Positions 47,916 to 61,591 of a DNA stretch of 64,000 nt are shown in pieces (position 1 is the stretch's first letter; every line of letters starts with the position of its first letter). The notes under the pieces are model-generated. The model worked only from the letters and a program-made list of their open reading frames with translations. It was not told the origin of the DNA and searched no databases. Made by a program: the position numbers and the translations under genes. Origin of the DNA: Anthoceros angustus (Eukaryota > Plantae > Anthocerotophyta); assembly GCA_010909165.1 (NCBI GenBank), contig VJWM01000108.1:186001-250000 (forward strand). Direction: 5' to 3'.

Positions 47916-48989
47916 CTTGTTTTGGGGTGCGTCGTCACCTCACCTTCGGCATCCATAGCTGCTGCTGCTTCAAGATGTGTGCACCAGAGCTTGTGAGTTG
48001 TGCTGTGCACACCTACAAAGGCAACGCAAAGGAGCGCATTACCTTGCTTCTGGCTGAAGTGTCTGTTGTCCCGGAGCCCAGATGGCTTTGGGAGATGATT
48101 TCTGAGCTATAGTGGGTAGAGCGCATTATCCAGCACATCCAGGTACTGATCCGAGTGATGAGCATTTTTTAAGTTGACCGTGTTCTCTATTTCCTGTTAT
48201 GTCAGCAGGAGAGGCTTTCTGAGGCCGTTGGAGCTCTAGAATCTCTGCCGCAGACAGACTCTGCCATTTCTCAGGTGTCTGTTTTACTTTGCGCTGAAAC
48301 TATGTACAAAAAAGAAGGATTTGGTTGTGGGCAATGAGTTCACAATTCGCTTCTACGCCACTTCCCAGAGTAGGAGAAATTATGTCTCTCGGTATCAGTA
48401 TTTGCCAAGTAGTTTTGCTGATTGTATCTTTAGCTGATGCCAATTGTTCAGGTAGACCTTGCGCAACCAGTAAGTCATTTCCTGGATGCTGTTATGAAGG
48501 ACTTGAAGAATGGCCAGGTCTTTTCTGCCATTTCAGAGGGTTTGTGCTGTCAATATTTTCTTCTTCCCCTGTGGTCCCCCTGTCCTGCTCCAAGTACTGC
48601 TCAAATTTGGTGCGAGCTCCCTTACCCTTCCCCGCCTCACCCACAATAGGGTCCCTCTTCCGACCACCCTGCCTTGAACCATCTGCAACAACCCGCCTCC
48701 CTCTTTGTCCTGCAACCTGCTCCCTGTATCCATACAGAACCAGAACCGCTTGGCCAAGTTATTGCTGTGCACTCACTTTGAACAACAGCAGAAAATAGCT
48801 GAAGGTTAGGAAAGGCAAGCTTAGGGATGAAAATGACGGGCTTGTGGGAATTGGGAAGGACGAGGAAGGGTCAGAGCGTATCCGAGCGTAGTGGAAGTAA
48901 GAAAAAGAAACTGAATGGTTTGGATGGCTCTGATGTTGAAGAAGTGATGCTGCAGAGTGGAGCTGATGGGTCGGAGGAGATGGGCACCC

Positions 48990-49515
48990 TGATGCCCTCG
49001 AGGATGACGAAATGGCTTCAGCTGAGCTCGGGGAGGATGCGAGTGATGAGGAGGTGCCGGGGGAGGTTGGTGTAGTGGTTGAAGCAGGGTGGTGTTCGGA
49101 TGGAGCAGAGTCAGCATTGACTGCGAAGTACGTCCCACCACACCGCGACAGCCTGCAGAGAAAAAAAATGACCGAAACAATCGGTTGCAGAATCGTGTAA
49201 GAGGTGGGTTCCTGGTAGGACAGTGGCAATTTCCTTTAAGCTCGCTGAACGGGTGTTGGTAATTTTGTGGTGAAGGGCTGCTGAATCGCCTGACCGAATA
49301 TATTGTGGAGCCCATTGTTTCAGAGCTGGCATCCATGTTCCAGGTGCCCATGATTTCTTCAATGCAGCTAGTGATTCACCCGAACTTGACTGCGCAAAAT
49401 TTTGTCTAACTGAGCCAAACAAGAGCTGCATTGTAGGTGCATGGTGGGCGTGTTATTGGGGACTCCATAATCAAGGAGGTTGTGGAGGCATGTTGTAGTG
49501 GTCCCCGTCGTCACA
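48990..49515 (+). pseudogene. 5' fragment of a NOM1/Sgd1-like MIF4G nucleolar protein gene, truncated
   Basis: Acidic stretch, then KYVPPH..RLQNRVR, intron, GLLNRLTEYIVEPIVSELASMFQ, intron, VHGGRVIGDSIIKEVVEACCSGPR, the motif order expected for NOM1. It then runs into TE sequence. Confidence 0.65.
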
Positions 49516-49519
49516 CTCT

Positions 49520-51430
49520 GCGTCTGAAGTGAAGAAACGGGAACAACATCAGGAAATGGACAGCCTTGCTTTGAGGAGACTCTCCCTCCTGCTCATTTCC
49601 ATGTGGCTTAGCTTTTTACGTACCAATTGGTCGATTCTTCGGTAAGCCATCTTCGCAGTCTCGCCTAACTTCATCTTGAAGTGTGTCAGCTCGGAGATCT
49701 TCTCATCCGTGCTTGCAGGAAACTGCAGCCAGAAGATGTCTAACATCTCTTCGATGGGATCGTGCCCACTGGGTGACACTGCTCTGTCTGCAGTGGTTCC
49801 TTCGGAGCTCGAACTACTACTCACTAGTCCTCCAGATGTGCCGCTCAACAACCTCGCCTTGTGCTCTCGATAGCACGCCAATGCAGGATCCCTACTTTTT
49901 CTCCCCGAATGCCTCTTTTGTTTAACCATGAGACATCGAGGTGTGGAAATATTGTCAATAAAATTCAAGTTTTGATGAAGGGGAATGGTTTTGAGTGTAC
50001 TCTGCGTGGTATTTTTAGCACCCGTTTCCTACAAACCCTCAAATTCAACGTTTCAAACCTAACAAGATCGACCAATGTAGGACAACATACGTTGAGCCAC
50101 ATACTAGTAGTACAAAGGAATAGCCCAAGTGTGCTAGCTTTGAAACCTGCACAAAGTACGGAAAACGAAGTAGGAGCACCTTCTCGCTTGATCTGGATTC
50201 AATGCGCATTTTTCTCATACATTAGTTGCCTTAGCAGACATGCTTGTTTAAAATGGCGGGACTTGCTCCCGCCACACATGGAAAGAGTAGGTTCTGACTC
50301 TTTGAAGTTGAATGGAATCCAACAAAGTTTTGATAACACTATTCTTTTCGATGTCTTCCGGGTTGTATTAATTCAACATAGATGGATGAGATTCAGAAGG
50401 TTTGAGACGGGGTAAGCAAGTTGTGTGAAGCTGAGGAATTTTGACCATTGTGTGGGACATATATAGTAAATGCGCAGCCTATGAAAGGGCCTTTGACAAC
50501 CTGGAGTATGTAAGAGTTGGAAGCGGTGAAAGGGTCCCTTGACAGCCTGAACTATATTATTAATAATTGGAAGCGATATGAGGGCATCTTCAAAGGTAGC
50601 TCGTGCGACAAGATTTTCTCCAACATTGACGTTGGAGACAATGCTGTCAGTGATAAAACTATTCATTCAACTATTGTAAAAAAAAACTAGTTTTTACTTC
50701 TTATGACAACAAAGTGGTCTATCCCTATCAAAAGCCATAAGGGCTTATGACGAAGTTGTTGCATATATTTTTTACTAAAGATAACTTCATCATTACTGGT
50801 AGAATATTAATTATCATTAACAAGGCCCACATGTATGTAAGAAATTACCTTGGATTTAAATTAACAAGCTAAGAGCTTAGTGTTAGAGAGGATTTGCTTA
50901 GGGCTTAAGAAAGCTTGTCTCCTTAAGGGTTACTTGGAAGAGAAGTACGCCTCCCTATATAAGGGATGAGGATAGCCTTAGAGATTCATTCCACTTTTTC
51001 TTAGCACTCCAGTAACTGTCCTGAGAGAAAGGAGGTTGGTTCCTTGAGGAAGGCCTTTGGTGCCTAGAGGCTTCGCGAGTCTAGAGTGTGAGCGAGAGAT
51101 TTGAGAAGGAGATCATGGTAAGAGACCACTTAGTAGAGAGCTTTGAGAGATTTGAGAAGGAGATCATGGGAAGAGACCACTTAGTAGAGAGCTTTGAGAA
51201 GGAGATCGTGTGAAGAGAGCTTTAAAAAAAAATGTCTTATCTAATCAGAAGCATTTAGTACATGCTGCATATCCTTGCTCATGTTTGCACAAGAGTAGAC
51301 CGATCCGATATATGTATGTGACCGACCTAATTAGCTTGAAAAAAGGTTTACCTAGGACATATGTATTAGGTAACCTACCTACATACATAGGAGAAAGGAA
51401 GGCACTTTATTGTACATATAAGTAAACTAC
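49520..51430 (-). mobile_element. Decayed LTR retrotransposon (gag-like segment plus AT-rich LTR-like tract)
   Basis: DPIEEMLDIFWLQFPASTDEKISELTHFKMKLGETAKMAYRRIDQL is gag-like. The AT-rich 50.7-51.4 kb tract has CCCTATATAAGG and a short internal tandem duplication (~51095-51205). Confidence 0.5.
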
Positions 51431-51754
51431 CTAGCGATGGGGTGGGAAAGAGGGGCATTTCAAAACGCTTGTTTCTCGTCGTCCGAGTGACTAGAACAGC
51501 AGTCTAGAACAGACGTAATCGCGAGGCGCCAAAAGAGTTTAGGAAGTCTTATGTGGTTGCAGGGGAGCGGGGAAGAGCCGCAGGAGGTGGCATCACTCCC
51601 ATCCCGGCGTCGATGGGCGCCGTGGGGCCGGCGTGCCAGGCCTGCCGCTGCTGCTCCTGCTCCTGTCGTCTCGGTGGCCGCCTGCGGCATCAGCACCAGG
51701 AGCCGCTCGGAACTCACGCCTCGTAGCTGCAAGCAGGAAAGCCACCCTTAGGCG

Positions 51755-54700
51755 ATGGTAGGCAATGTGGCAATAGCGGGGGGGCATGCCCTAGGCCCCG
51801 ATGCCACTCACGTCCCGCAGGTGCACTTGCGCTGGCAAGAAGATGTCTCGGCCCCGGCGCCGGGACTGCGCTGGCGCCGAGGCTCCCCTCCGCAGGGGCT
51901 TAAGAATCTAGGCAACACTTGCTACCTCAACAGCGTGCTGCAGTGCCTCACCTACACTCCTCCACTGGCCAACTACTGCCTTCTCAGCTCCCATTCTAGT
52001 CTCTGTGAGTGGCTGTTGCGTGCTCTCTTCTGCCGGCTCTCGTGCTAGGTTTGGGGGAGAGCGCGGATGGGTGACCATTGTTTGTGCATGCATGCGCAGG
52101 TGCAACGGTCAATCCGCAGGAGGTGCAGAATCAATGCCCCTTCTGCTACTTGGAGAAAAGGATTGCCCGCTCCCTCACGCATGACTTAAGCGTGGATGCG
52201 CCGGTGAAGATTAGTAACCGGCTGCGCTTGTTTGCTACCCAATTTAGGAGTGGGCGGCAGGAGGACGCGCACGAGTTTCTGCGCTGCGCGATTGAGGCCT
52301 GCAATAATTCTTGCATCCAGGTCTTGAAGAAAGTTCTGGCGCTGGCTCCTGGTAGAATTGTTGCCAAGCAACGAGACGGGGGTGGAGTTAAGGAGGAGCC
52401 TCACACGGTTGTGAAGGAGATTTTTGGGGGTGTGCTTCAGAGCCAGGTCAAGTGCTTGTCTTGTGAGGCGGAGTCGAACAAGAGAGATGAGATCATGGAT
52501 CTGAGCTTGGATCTTGGGCGTTTGAGTTCACTCAAAGAGGCGCTTTGTAGCTTTTTCCAGCCTGAAGTACTTGATGCGGACAACAAGTACCGCTGCTGCA
52601 AGTAAGGGGCACGTCCTGGTGCCTTGCAGGTGCCAGAAATTTGCCTTTTTTTTGCTGATTTCCTTACCTCCCGCTTCTTCCAACATATTGCTCTTCTACT
52701 TGCAGCTGCAAAAGTCTTTCGGCAGCTCGGAAGCAAATGTCTGTCTTCAAAGCTCCGAACGTACTTGTCATCCAGTTCAAGGTTCGAACCTCATTCCCGC
52801 TCTGGTGCCGGATGAGTGACGTGCATCGATGGCCGGGACTGAATTGTTTTTGTCAATGCAGAGGTTCGAAAACTTTTTGGGGGGAAAAATTGATCGGCAT
52901 ATACAGTTTGATGAACGGCTTGGCCTGGCAGGGCACATGTGCAAGGCTAGCAAGGTGCCTGAACCTGATTTGCAATGGATTGCTGGTATCTGCCGAGTGA
53001 GTGTAGAATGAGAGGAGTCTGAAGGATGTTGAAAATGAGACCATGTAATACATTCATGTAATACCAGGTGACGACGTGTTTTCCAGGATGCCCGACCGGA
53101 GTACTCACTCTATGGTGTCATCGTGCATTCTGGGGGCACTCAGGATTCTGGTCACTACTATGCGTACGTCAAGGTGGGCGCCTTTATTCCCTTTGTGTGG
53201 TTCCATGTCTGAAGTGTGTTGGCATGTTATGGCTTCTTCTGTCCGGATGCTGTGAGCTTTCTATTACTCAAGCTTGATCTGCTCTGGTACTCCAGGATAT
53301 AGGAGGAGAGTGGTATTGTTGTGATGACTCAAGTGTCACAACCACAAGTATCCAAAATGTGCTGTCAGAGAGGGCGTATGTGCTCTTCTATGCGAGGATG
53401 AATGCTGGGGTCAAGAAAGTGCCAGCAGTTGCGCCAACCTGTGGTGCTGTTCTGTCTTCGCCACCCTCCGTGCAAGATATACGTGTTGCTCAGTCAGACA
53501 ATCGCTTGGAGCAGGGGATGTCGCTGTCCTCTGTGAAACCTAAGGTTTCTGTTAACAATGGGGGTGTCAGTGTGGTCTCATCTGTGGGAAAGCCCCAGGT
53601 TCTGCTCTCACGGTCAGATAATGTGGAAGGAAGAGAATCATCTGGCAAGGCTTTGTCACCAATGATGACAGACAGCCAGACTGGAAATGGAGGTGGCGTT
53701 ATTTTTGAGAATGGGGACAGGCAGTCTGCCCTCAATGGCTGTCTGAGTACAGAGAAAGATAGTATGGAATCCTCTGCTGTCACCAACGGCACCCCCCACG
53801 ACTTTCCCTCGAGAAGCATAGCAAATGGTCTGCTTGATCTGGCAGCAATGGCTACTTCACCGTCTGTGAACACATCATCTTCCTCATCTACTCAGTCTCT
53901 GATCACTGGTAATCCTGCATCAGCATGCTCTCGCTCCAGTAGTGGCGAAAACAAAATCAAAGTTGACTGGAGAGTAAAGCAGAAGCGCAGTGTGCACGTT
54001 ACTGGCTGTGAAGCTCTGCAGACGCTTACAAAGCATTCAAGGCTCGACAGCAATCTGCAACCTCAGGGCACAGTGTCAGGGATGACTGGCACCCTCTCGA
54101 CTTTGACGGAGGTCGACAAAGGATCAAATGGAGAGAACGAGAGGGAAGCAACAGGTCTTGATGGGCTTAAGCGGAGGTATAGAATTTTGTTGAAAATTTT
54201 GTGCATGAGATATGTGAAGCACTTTGCACGGGTATTAACATTGGAATAAACTTGCAGGCTTGAAGATGAGGGTCGACAGAATTTGATCCAATCAGAGTGG
54301 GTGGAAGCTTTGAGGAGCAATTTGAGGGCAGCAAAGAAGCATCGACTAGCGGGCCAAAGTTGTAGGACTGCGGAAGAGAAGTTGAGGATGAGGTGAGGGC
54401 CGGGATCAGAGCAGCATTTGATTTGTGGTAGTCGCTCGCTTACATCTCACTTGGCTTACTGGGTTGCTCCAGATACGGGTTCAGTCAAATTCAGTGTGGT
54501 TGCTGGGTAGTGTTGGTCAAAGGCACTCGTCATCATCCCCACAGAATTCTTGGTCAAGTCGCATAAGTAAGCATCTTGTCCAATAGCTTGGTGAGTAGAC
54601 AGACATGCCTATCTCACTCTAACACTTGTGTTGGCTTTTTGCAGGAAGCAAATAGTTGATGACGTTCAGGAGAAGATGATGGGGACAGTCCCCAGAGCTC

Positions 54701-54756
54701 TGAAGGAGAGGCTGGTGGGAGACTTGCAGGCGTTTTTCCGCTGCCAATCTGGCTAG
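51755..54756 (+). CDS. UBP25: Ubiquitin-specific protease, UBP25-like; exons 51755-51757, 51821-52004, 52100-52601, 52706-52781, 52862-52954, 53087-53173, 53296-54176, 54258-54392, 54645-54756
   Basis: Cys box [55 protein letters not shown], His box GVIVHSG...SGHYYAYVK and WYCCDDS. All introns are GT-AG and join in frame. Confidence 0.95.
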
Positions 54757-55577
54757 GGTGGATGCCGTGGTTGTTTGAATGTCGGGTGCAGGTTCCGACT
54801 ACCCTGTAGTTTTTCTTATAGTGTGTGAAGTACTCCTTGCAGTGACATGGACTGATTGTGACTGTGGGCTGGGCAGGCAGTACAACATCCGTTATTGGGT
54901 TCACACAAGCATATCCAAGTATCTGTGGTGCTTCCAAATCAATCGTGGCAAGCTTGATCCTAAACTGGTCGGTTCTCTCTTTTAACTTTATGCCTACGCA
55001 TACTAAAATGCCCTCACCTACAGCATACATTTTGTCCGGCACAGTTTGGTAGTTGAGTGTCCGCCGTTGGGGTTGATCACACAGAGGTCCTCGTTATCTA
55101 TTTTTCAAGTCTTTAAAGGAAGGGCATTGGACTATGAACCGGCATCCCTCTTCTTCATTGTAGCTGGTGGACGCCCTGGGTCTTGGACAAACGTTTGGAA
55201 GCGGTGGCGTTGGTCTGATGGGTAATGGTGCACGGTTTGCTTGGCTACTTGCAGCTGGCGATGTAATTTGGGTCGGAATCGTGGAGAGGAATGGCTGCTC
55301 CGCAGTTTTGCAACCTTAGAATGCAGTGGGAGGTGGCGGACAGCTAATGCATTCCACTTTTCGAACCAGGCTATGTGTTGTTTACAATGCGAGTTCTTTG
55401 CTGCATCTTTCAGCATACATGAACCAAAGTGTTTAAACTTTTTGGGAGCATTTGTATTTGCAATTTCCGCTTGGACATACAGAAGGGCTTAGCAGCACGC
55501 ACCGCAGACTCCCAGTGTTAGCGAGCGATTACAGTGCAGGACGCACGCTTTCTGCAGGGCTAGCGATCAGTTCACGA

Positions 55578-56976
<1,399 letters not shown>

Positions 56977-57108
56977 GTCCCTCTCCTTCTCTTCGTCTTT
57001 GAGCTTTCGCTAGGACTTTCCCTTTCCCTTTCCCTTCGCCTCAGCCTGTGACTGTGGCTTCGCCTCAGGTGCTCTTCATGTTGTGGAGATGGAAGGAATT
57101 TGTGCAAC

Positions 57109-57114
57109 TTTATA
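57109..57114 (-). promoter_or_regulatory. Candidate TATA box of the AKR gene
   Basis: CCTATAAAG on the minus strand ~135 bp upstream of the ATG, upstream of a pyrimidine-rich 5' UTR. Confidence 0.45.
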
Positions 57115-60100
57115 GGCAGCTATTCTGGCCTCCGCGGCAAGAAGGTGCTACTTGCCACTTCCCTGGAATATAATATATTGTGGCTGTTTGCAGGGAAGCT
57201 TCGCGAGCTGCTGCGTCACAGTCTCGTCCCGAGGTTCCTCATCGGGGTAGCATATAGAAGAAGGAGGACAATCTGCAAAGATTGTCTGCCAGTAAAGTAC
57301 GGTAGGTTGGTGTGGTAGGTTTGGTTTCACGCTTGTTCGTTTTACTCGCATACAGGGGCCTAAGTTCAGGGATTACCTTAATGAGGGGAGATCCGGTTTC
57401 CTGAAACACTACAAAGTTCTGGTTTCCTAAAACACTACAAAGTCCTTAGAAAACCAAATCTCATGTAAGGCAAAAGCAGAGTTAAGAGGAACGAGGGAGC
57501 CAGAAATGGAGAAGCGCGTAGGGAAACAAGAAAGGCACAAGACCAAGGTTGGCTGCCATGTGTGTGAAAAGTTATTATAAAGAAGATCCCAAAATGACTA
57601 TACTGAAGGGCAAAGAAAACAGATGAAACTAATTCTAAAGCTGAGAGGCACCTAGGACAAGCGGAAAGATAGGACGAACTAGATGTTCGACGGTAACACA
57701 CGATATACTCGATGGTAACACAGTATGCCATAGAGCTCGAAAAGTTTGTATCCATGGACAGAGACTAAAACTGGTTAAAGCTTGAATGAAAGCTTGGTTT
57801 CACACTTTGAGCTCTATCAGTGATCTTTAGTAACATCAGTGCCTCGTCACGTTTGTTCCGACTCCACTTGGCTTGACCGGCCGCACCCTCATCAAACGTT
57901 TTGGGTCCGCTTGAGCCTGGAACTGTGCAGTATAAACTACTGTCACAGTAGTACAACCGCTTACAGTGTTGAAGGACCAGTCCAGTGGAGTGAAGTCTCT
58001 CGCCATTTCTGTACGTATACTGACTGATGATGTGGATGGGCCGTTGTACGCTTTGGATTGTGTGTTGTGATGCCTGCATGTTCCATTCGAGAATTGAAAG
58101 TATGTAGTCTTTTCTGAACTTCTTGGGAACCTCGGACGAGGTGCGGTGGGCATATGGGAGGAGAAAGCATGTGCAAACGTTTTCCTGGTCCTGATTATGG
58201 CACATCGATAACTGCAGGTTCACGAGTTTTTCTAACGATAAGTTTCTCATGGACTCGGGCATTCTGCAATCGTGGAGGAAGGAACACAGTTTGGACAGTC
58301 TTAATCATTCACTATCTGGGGGCTTTGTAGATGAGCAGACTTTGCCACCGTGCTGGCCTTGGGTGTGAAAACCAGTGGGCTGATGGTCTGTCTGCCGGGG
58401 AGGAGATGCTATCCAGACGGCTGCTCTCGGAGGGGCCCTGTTCCCTTACCCCAACTGCCCTTCATTTATGTCAGTGCCCGAGTTTCGAAGAGCTGATCGT
58501 CCTTCATCTGTGCCTACAGTCTTCCTCAAGCTTGTTTGTCAGCTCGATTCGGCTCTGACTTTGTGACCTGTTTAAGGCAGATCGCCCAAGGATACCTCCT
58601 CAGCTCGGTTTGTACAGGATCGCACAAGGGAGCTGGACAGTGGGCCACGTGGCCGCACCTCAATGTTCGAGAGAAGTTAGAATTCTGGGGAATGGGCGCT
58701 TCCGACTGTCTGGCCGTATCAGGTATGCCATACCTGATAACGTTTCCGTGAAGTGTTCGTGTGGAACTGCTTGCTCTCAGCAAACTCCTGCTCGGAGAGC
58801 TTCATCGATCTCCACAATTCACGCATTGATTGTCCTGCAGACTGACAATCGGATTCTGCTTACACGGGCGTATTAATGAGATGTTGAAGGCATCTACCCT
58901 TTTCACTGTAGATGCGTATCACTCACTTGCTACTCTGTCATGCACACAGGGAATGGAGATGCACATTCAACATACAGCACAGTTTCTCAACGTGACACGT
59001 ACGAGGCTTTCGCAGATTCCACACAATACAAGGTCACAGAAGGTCACTGATCAGTCAGGCAACGATGGGCAATCCGAACAGCAGCTAGCTCCAGAGGGAG
59101 CACACTGAAGGGATCATCCTGTTACACGGATTGTCACAACAACAAGGGTTAGCCAAGAGCACATCAACAGCGAGCTGCAAGAGCCTGGACGAAAACAAAA
59201 GGTCACACAAGCAAAAGCCTTGATGATGGAAGTGGAGCAGTACACAGAAAGACCTCGCCTTGGGGGCTTAGCAGATTTGAGCCAGCTTTATACTCTAGCC
59301 GGACCAGCAAGCTGCCTCCCCATGTCCTAACGTCCCATCCTACGTTCGTCTTCGAAGACGAACGTAGGATGGGACGGCCACGTCTTAAAGGCCCTTGCAT
59401 TGTAGAGGAATTCCTCACAAAATATCCCGATTGTACCGGCGCCATGCCTAAACAAGGAAACACCTTCAAACTTGAACCCGCGGCAGAATGCGGAAGAAGC
59501 GTACGTCGTTTCTCAACAGTACTGTGAAACAACGGTTTTTGAGATACGGACTTCGCTGGCCTCCTATAGCCCTCAAGAGATGAGTGACTAGATTCCCCTC
59601 CTGGTAAGGCTGAGGTCCAGATACCTCAGGCAACGGCTTACGACTTTGAGACAGCTCCCGCGACTTTGTGAACATACTATCGAGGCAGTAACTGGACACA
59701 ATGACAGAACACTAACCACGCCCTTGTCCCTGATGCAGAATGAGGAAAAATGGGGATCCCCCACATGCTCTGCCTGTACACAAGGGGCTTATCACTGTCA
59801 GCACAACTTTTTGACGTACACATACACAAAAGTCATCACGGATGACATCTGGCATTTCCCATACACACATATCTGAAACGATACACAACTGCGGGGACTA
59901 TGGACAGATACTGAGGAAGGCTGTAGGCAGCCACACTTGACAAACAATTGATGGTCCATACAGACGAAATACGAGGTGAATGATGCTTCCCGCTTAAACA
60001 ATAGTGAGGATTCCTCCTCCTCTTATACATCGCCCAACCAACCTCGGCTGTGCATTCAAACTGGCGGAGGCATACCTCCGCCACACACTTCCCTATCCTG

Positions 60101-60248
60101 ATTCCGGTTATACGCTCCCTTACCTAAGTACGAATGAATCTGTTCGTGGCTGCCTACGGACCTGGGCCTCACTGCCTGACAGTACTTACCAACCAAACAC
60201 CCCTGATGGCTATGCACTGGTATAAGCCCCTCCCATCGAATCCTCGCC

Positions 60249-61591
60249 TTAAACGGGAGTGCTGAGACCCAGTTCGAAGGCACCTGGAAGAACGTAAGCA
60301 TACGCACGTCTGAAAGCATAGGGAACAGGGGTCCAAGGCCCCCGCTTCCACACCCTCTTGGATTTTTGCCACTGCGAATGCCACTTCATCGTACTGGCAT
60401 TGTAGGTAGCCATGTAGGTATCCGAGAAATACATAGCCATTATGCAGAGCACAGGTCCATGTGCCGAGCACCAACGGAAACCAACATACCCGTGCATCGT
60501 TGGAAGCGTTGTCTCCAACACCATCGTCTTCTGTGCAGGGTCATACTTCTTTATGACAATAAGAGGTTGCACACCGCGCACGGCCTCAGCCACAACCATG
60601 ATACAAGAATTGCATGCCACCAACTTTTTCGGTGCATGGAAATTCGCCTCCACCTCGCAAAGGCATTCCCAAGTCATGGCTTCAACATGAAAGCTTACCA
60701 AAAAATAACGCATTTGCAGGCCCCAAACTTGCGCCAGGCTAAAAACCTGGCCATCACTGAACACGCATTTGAAACATAAGCGGGACAGCGTGAGATCTAT
60801 ACCCTCCGCCGCCTCCTGACACCGGCTCGGTAACAGGGTCCAAGACGAAGAGCTTGATCGATAACGGACCATCCTGGCAGGACCCGCCGCAAGACTCCCC
60901 AATCTAGCCTGTCGTCTTAGCATACCGATCAGGGTGTACGACTGCCCATCTTCATCAACCTCCAGAAATACATCCTCCAAGTAGCAACTATAATACCCAA
61001 CCAGCTGCTTGTCATCGTTAATCAGCGGCAGCAAAGAGGCAACACTCTGAGCCCCGTCACAGGATTAGTGACCCAATACTCGTCCTGAACCTTGCCCCTG
61101 ACGGCCCAACGCAGGATCCGGAACAGCAATCCTTTGTGAGTCGCCAGACGAAAGCCACAGGAACTAAAGCGAGTATACAAAGTTGGCAGCTTATGCCACT
61201 TGTGCTGTTCCATGTCCTTGCCCACGCCGGGCAGCCGTGACTTATCTGAGAAAGTGGCCGGAAAGCATACCTTCGGGCATGCTGCCAACGTCCGGCTGCA
61301 GAGCTTGCTGAAGGACGGGGAGGAGACTATATTGTGCCACTCGTGACACACCAATCCTGCCCGGATGGCGTCGTCTCTAGGCAAGAACGCCAAGATCCTT
61401 TCCACCAGCTCCGGGCGCAACACCATCTCCATCAGCTCCGGGCGCACCACCCTCTCCACCAGCTCCGGGCGCACCACCCTCTCCACCAGCTCCGGGCGCA
61501 CCACCCTCTCCACCAGCTCCGGGCGCCCCACCCTCTCCACCAGCTCCGGGCTCACCACCCTCTCCACCAGCTCCGCGCGCACATCTTCCAT
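60249..61591 (-). CDS. F-box protein with an amplified N-terminal F-box helix; one frameshift at ~61035 (probable assembly error)
   Basis: PELVERILAFLPRDDAIRAGLVCHEWHNIVSSPSF, then LATHKGLL, YWVTNPVTG, VRYRSSSSSW, LVACNSCIMVVA and KYDPAQK. ORFs 61022-61591 and 60249-61034 join with a one-base shift. Confidence 0.8.
61388..61576 (-). repeat. 27-bp coding tandem repeat x7 (PELVERVVR)
   Basis: CCAGCTCCGGGCGCACCACCCTCTCCA units are directly visible. Confidence 0.96.

Noticed and set aside
57765-58262. 165-aa ORF (also 63059-63424, 5693-6127 and 40991-41500)
   Set aside because: No recognisable domain, splice structure or codon signal, so they are not called as genes.
58536-58751. HLNVREKLEFW resembling an ABC transporter motif
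   Set aside because: No Walker A/B or signature motif nearby.
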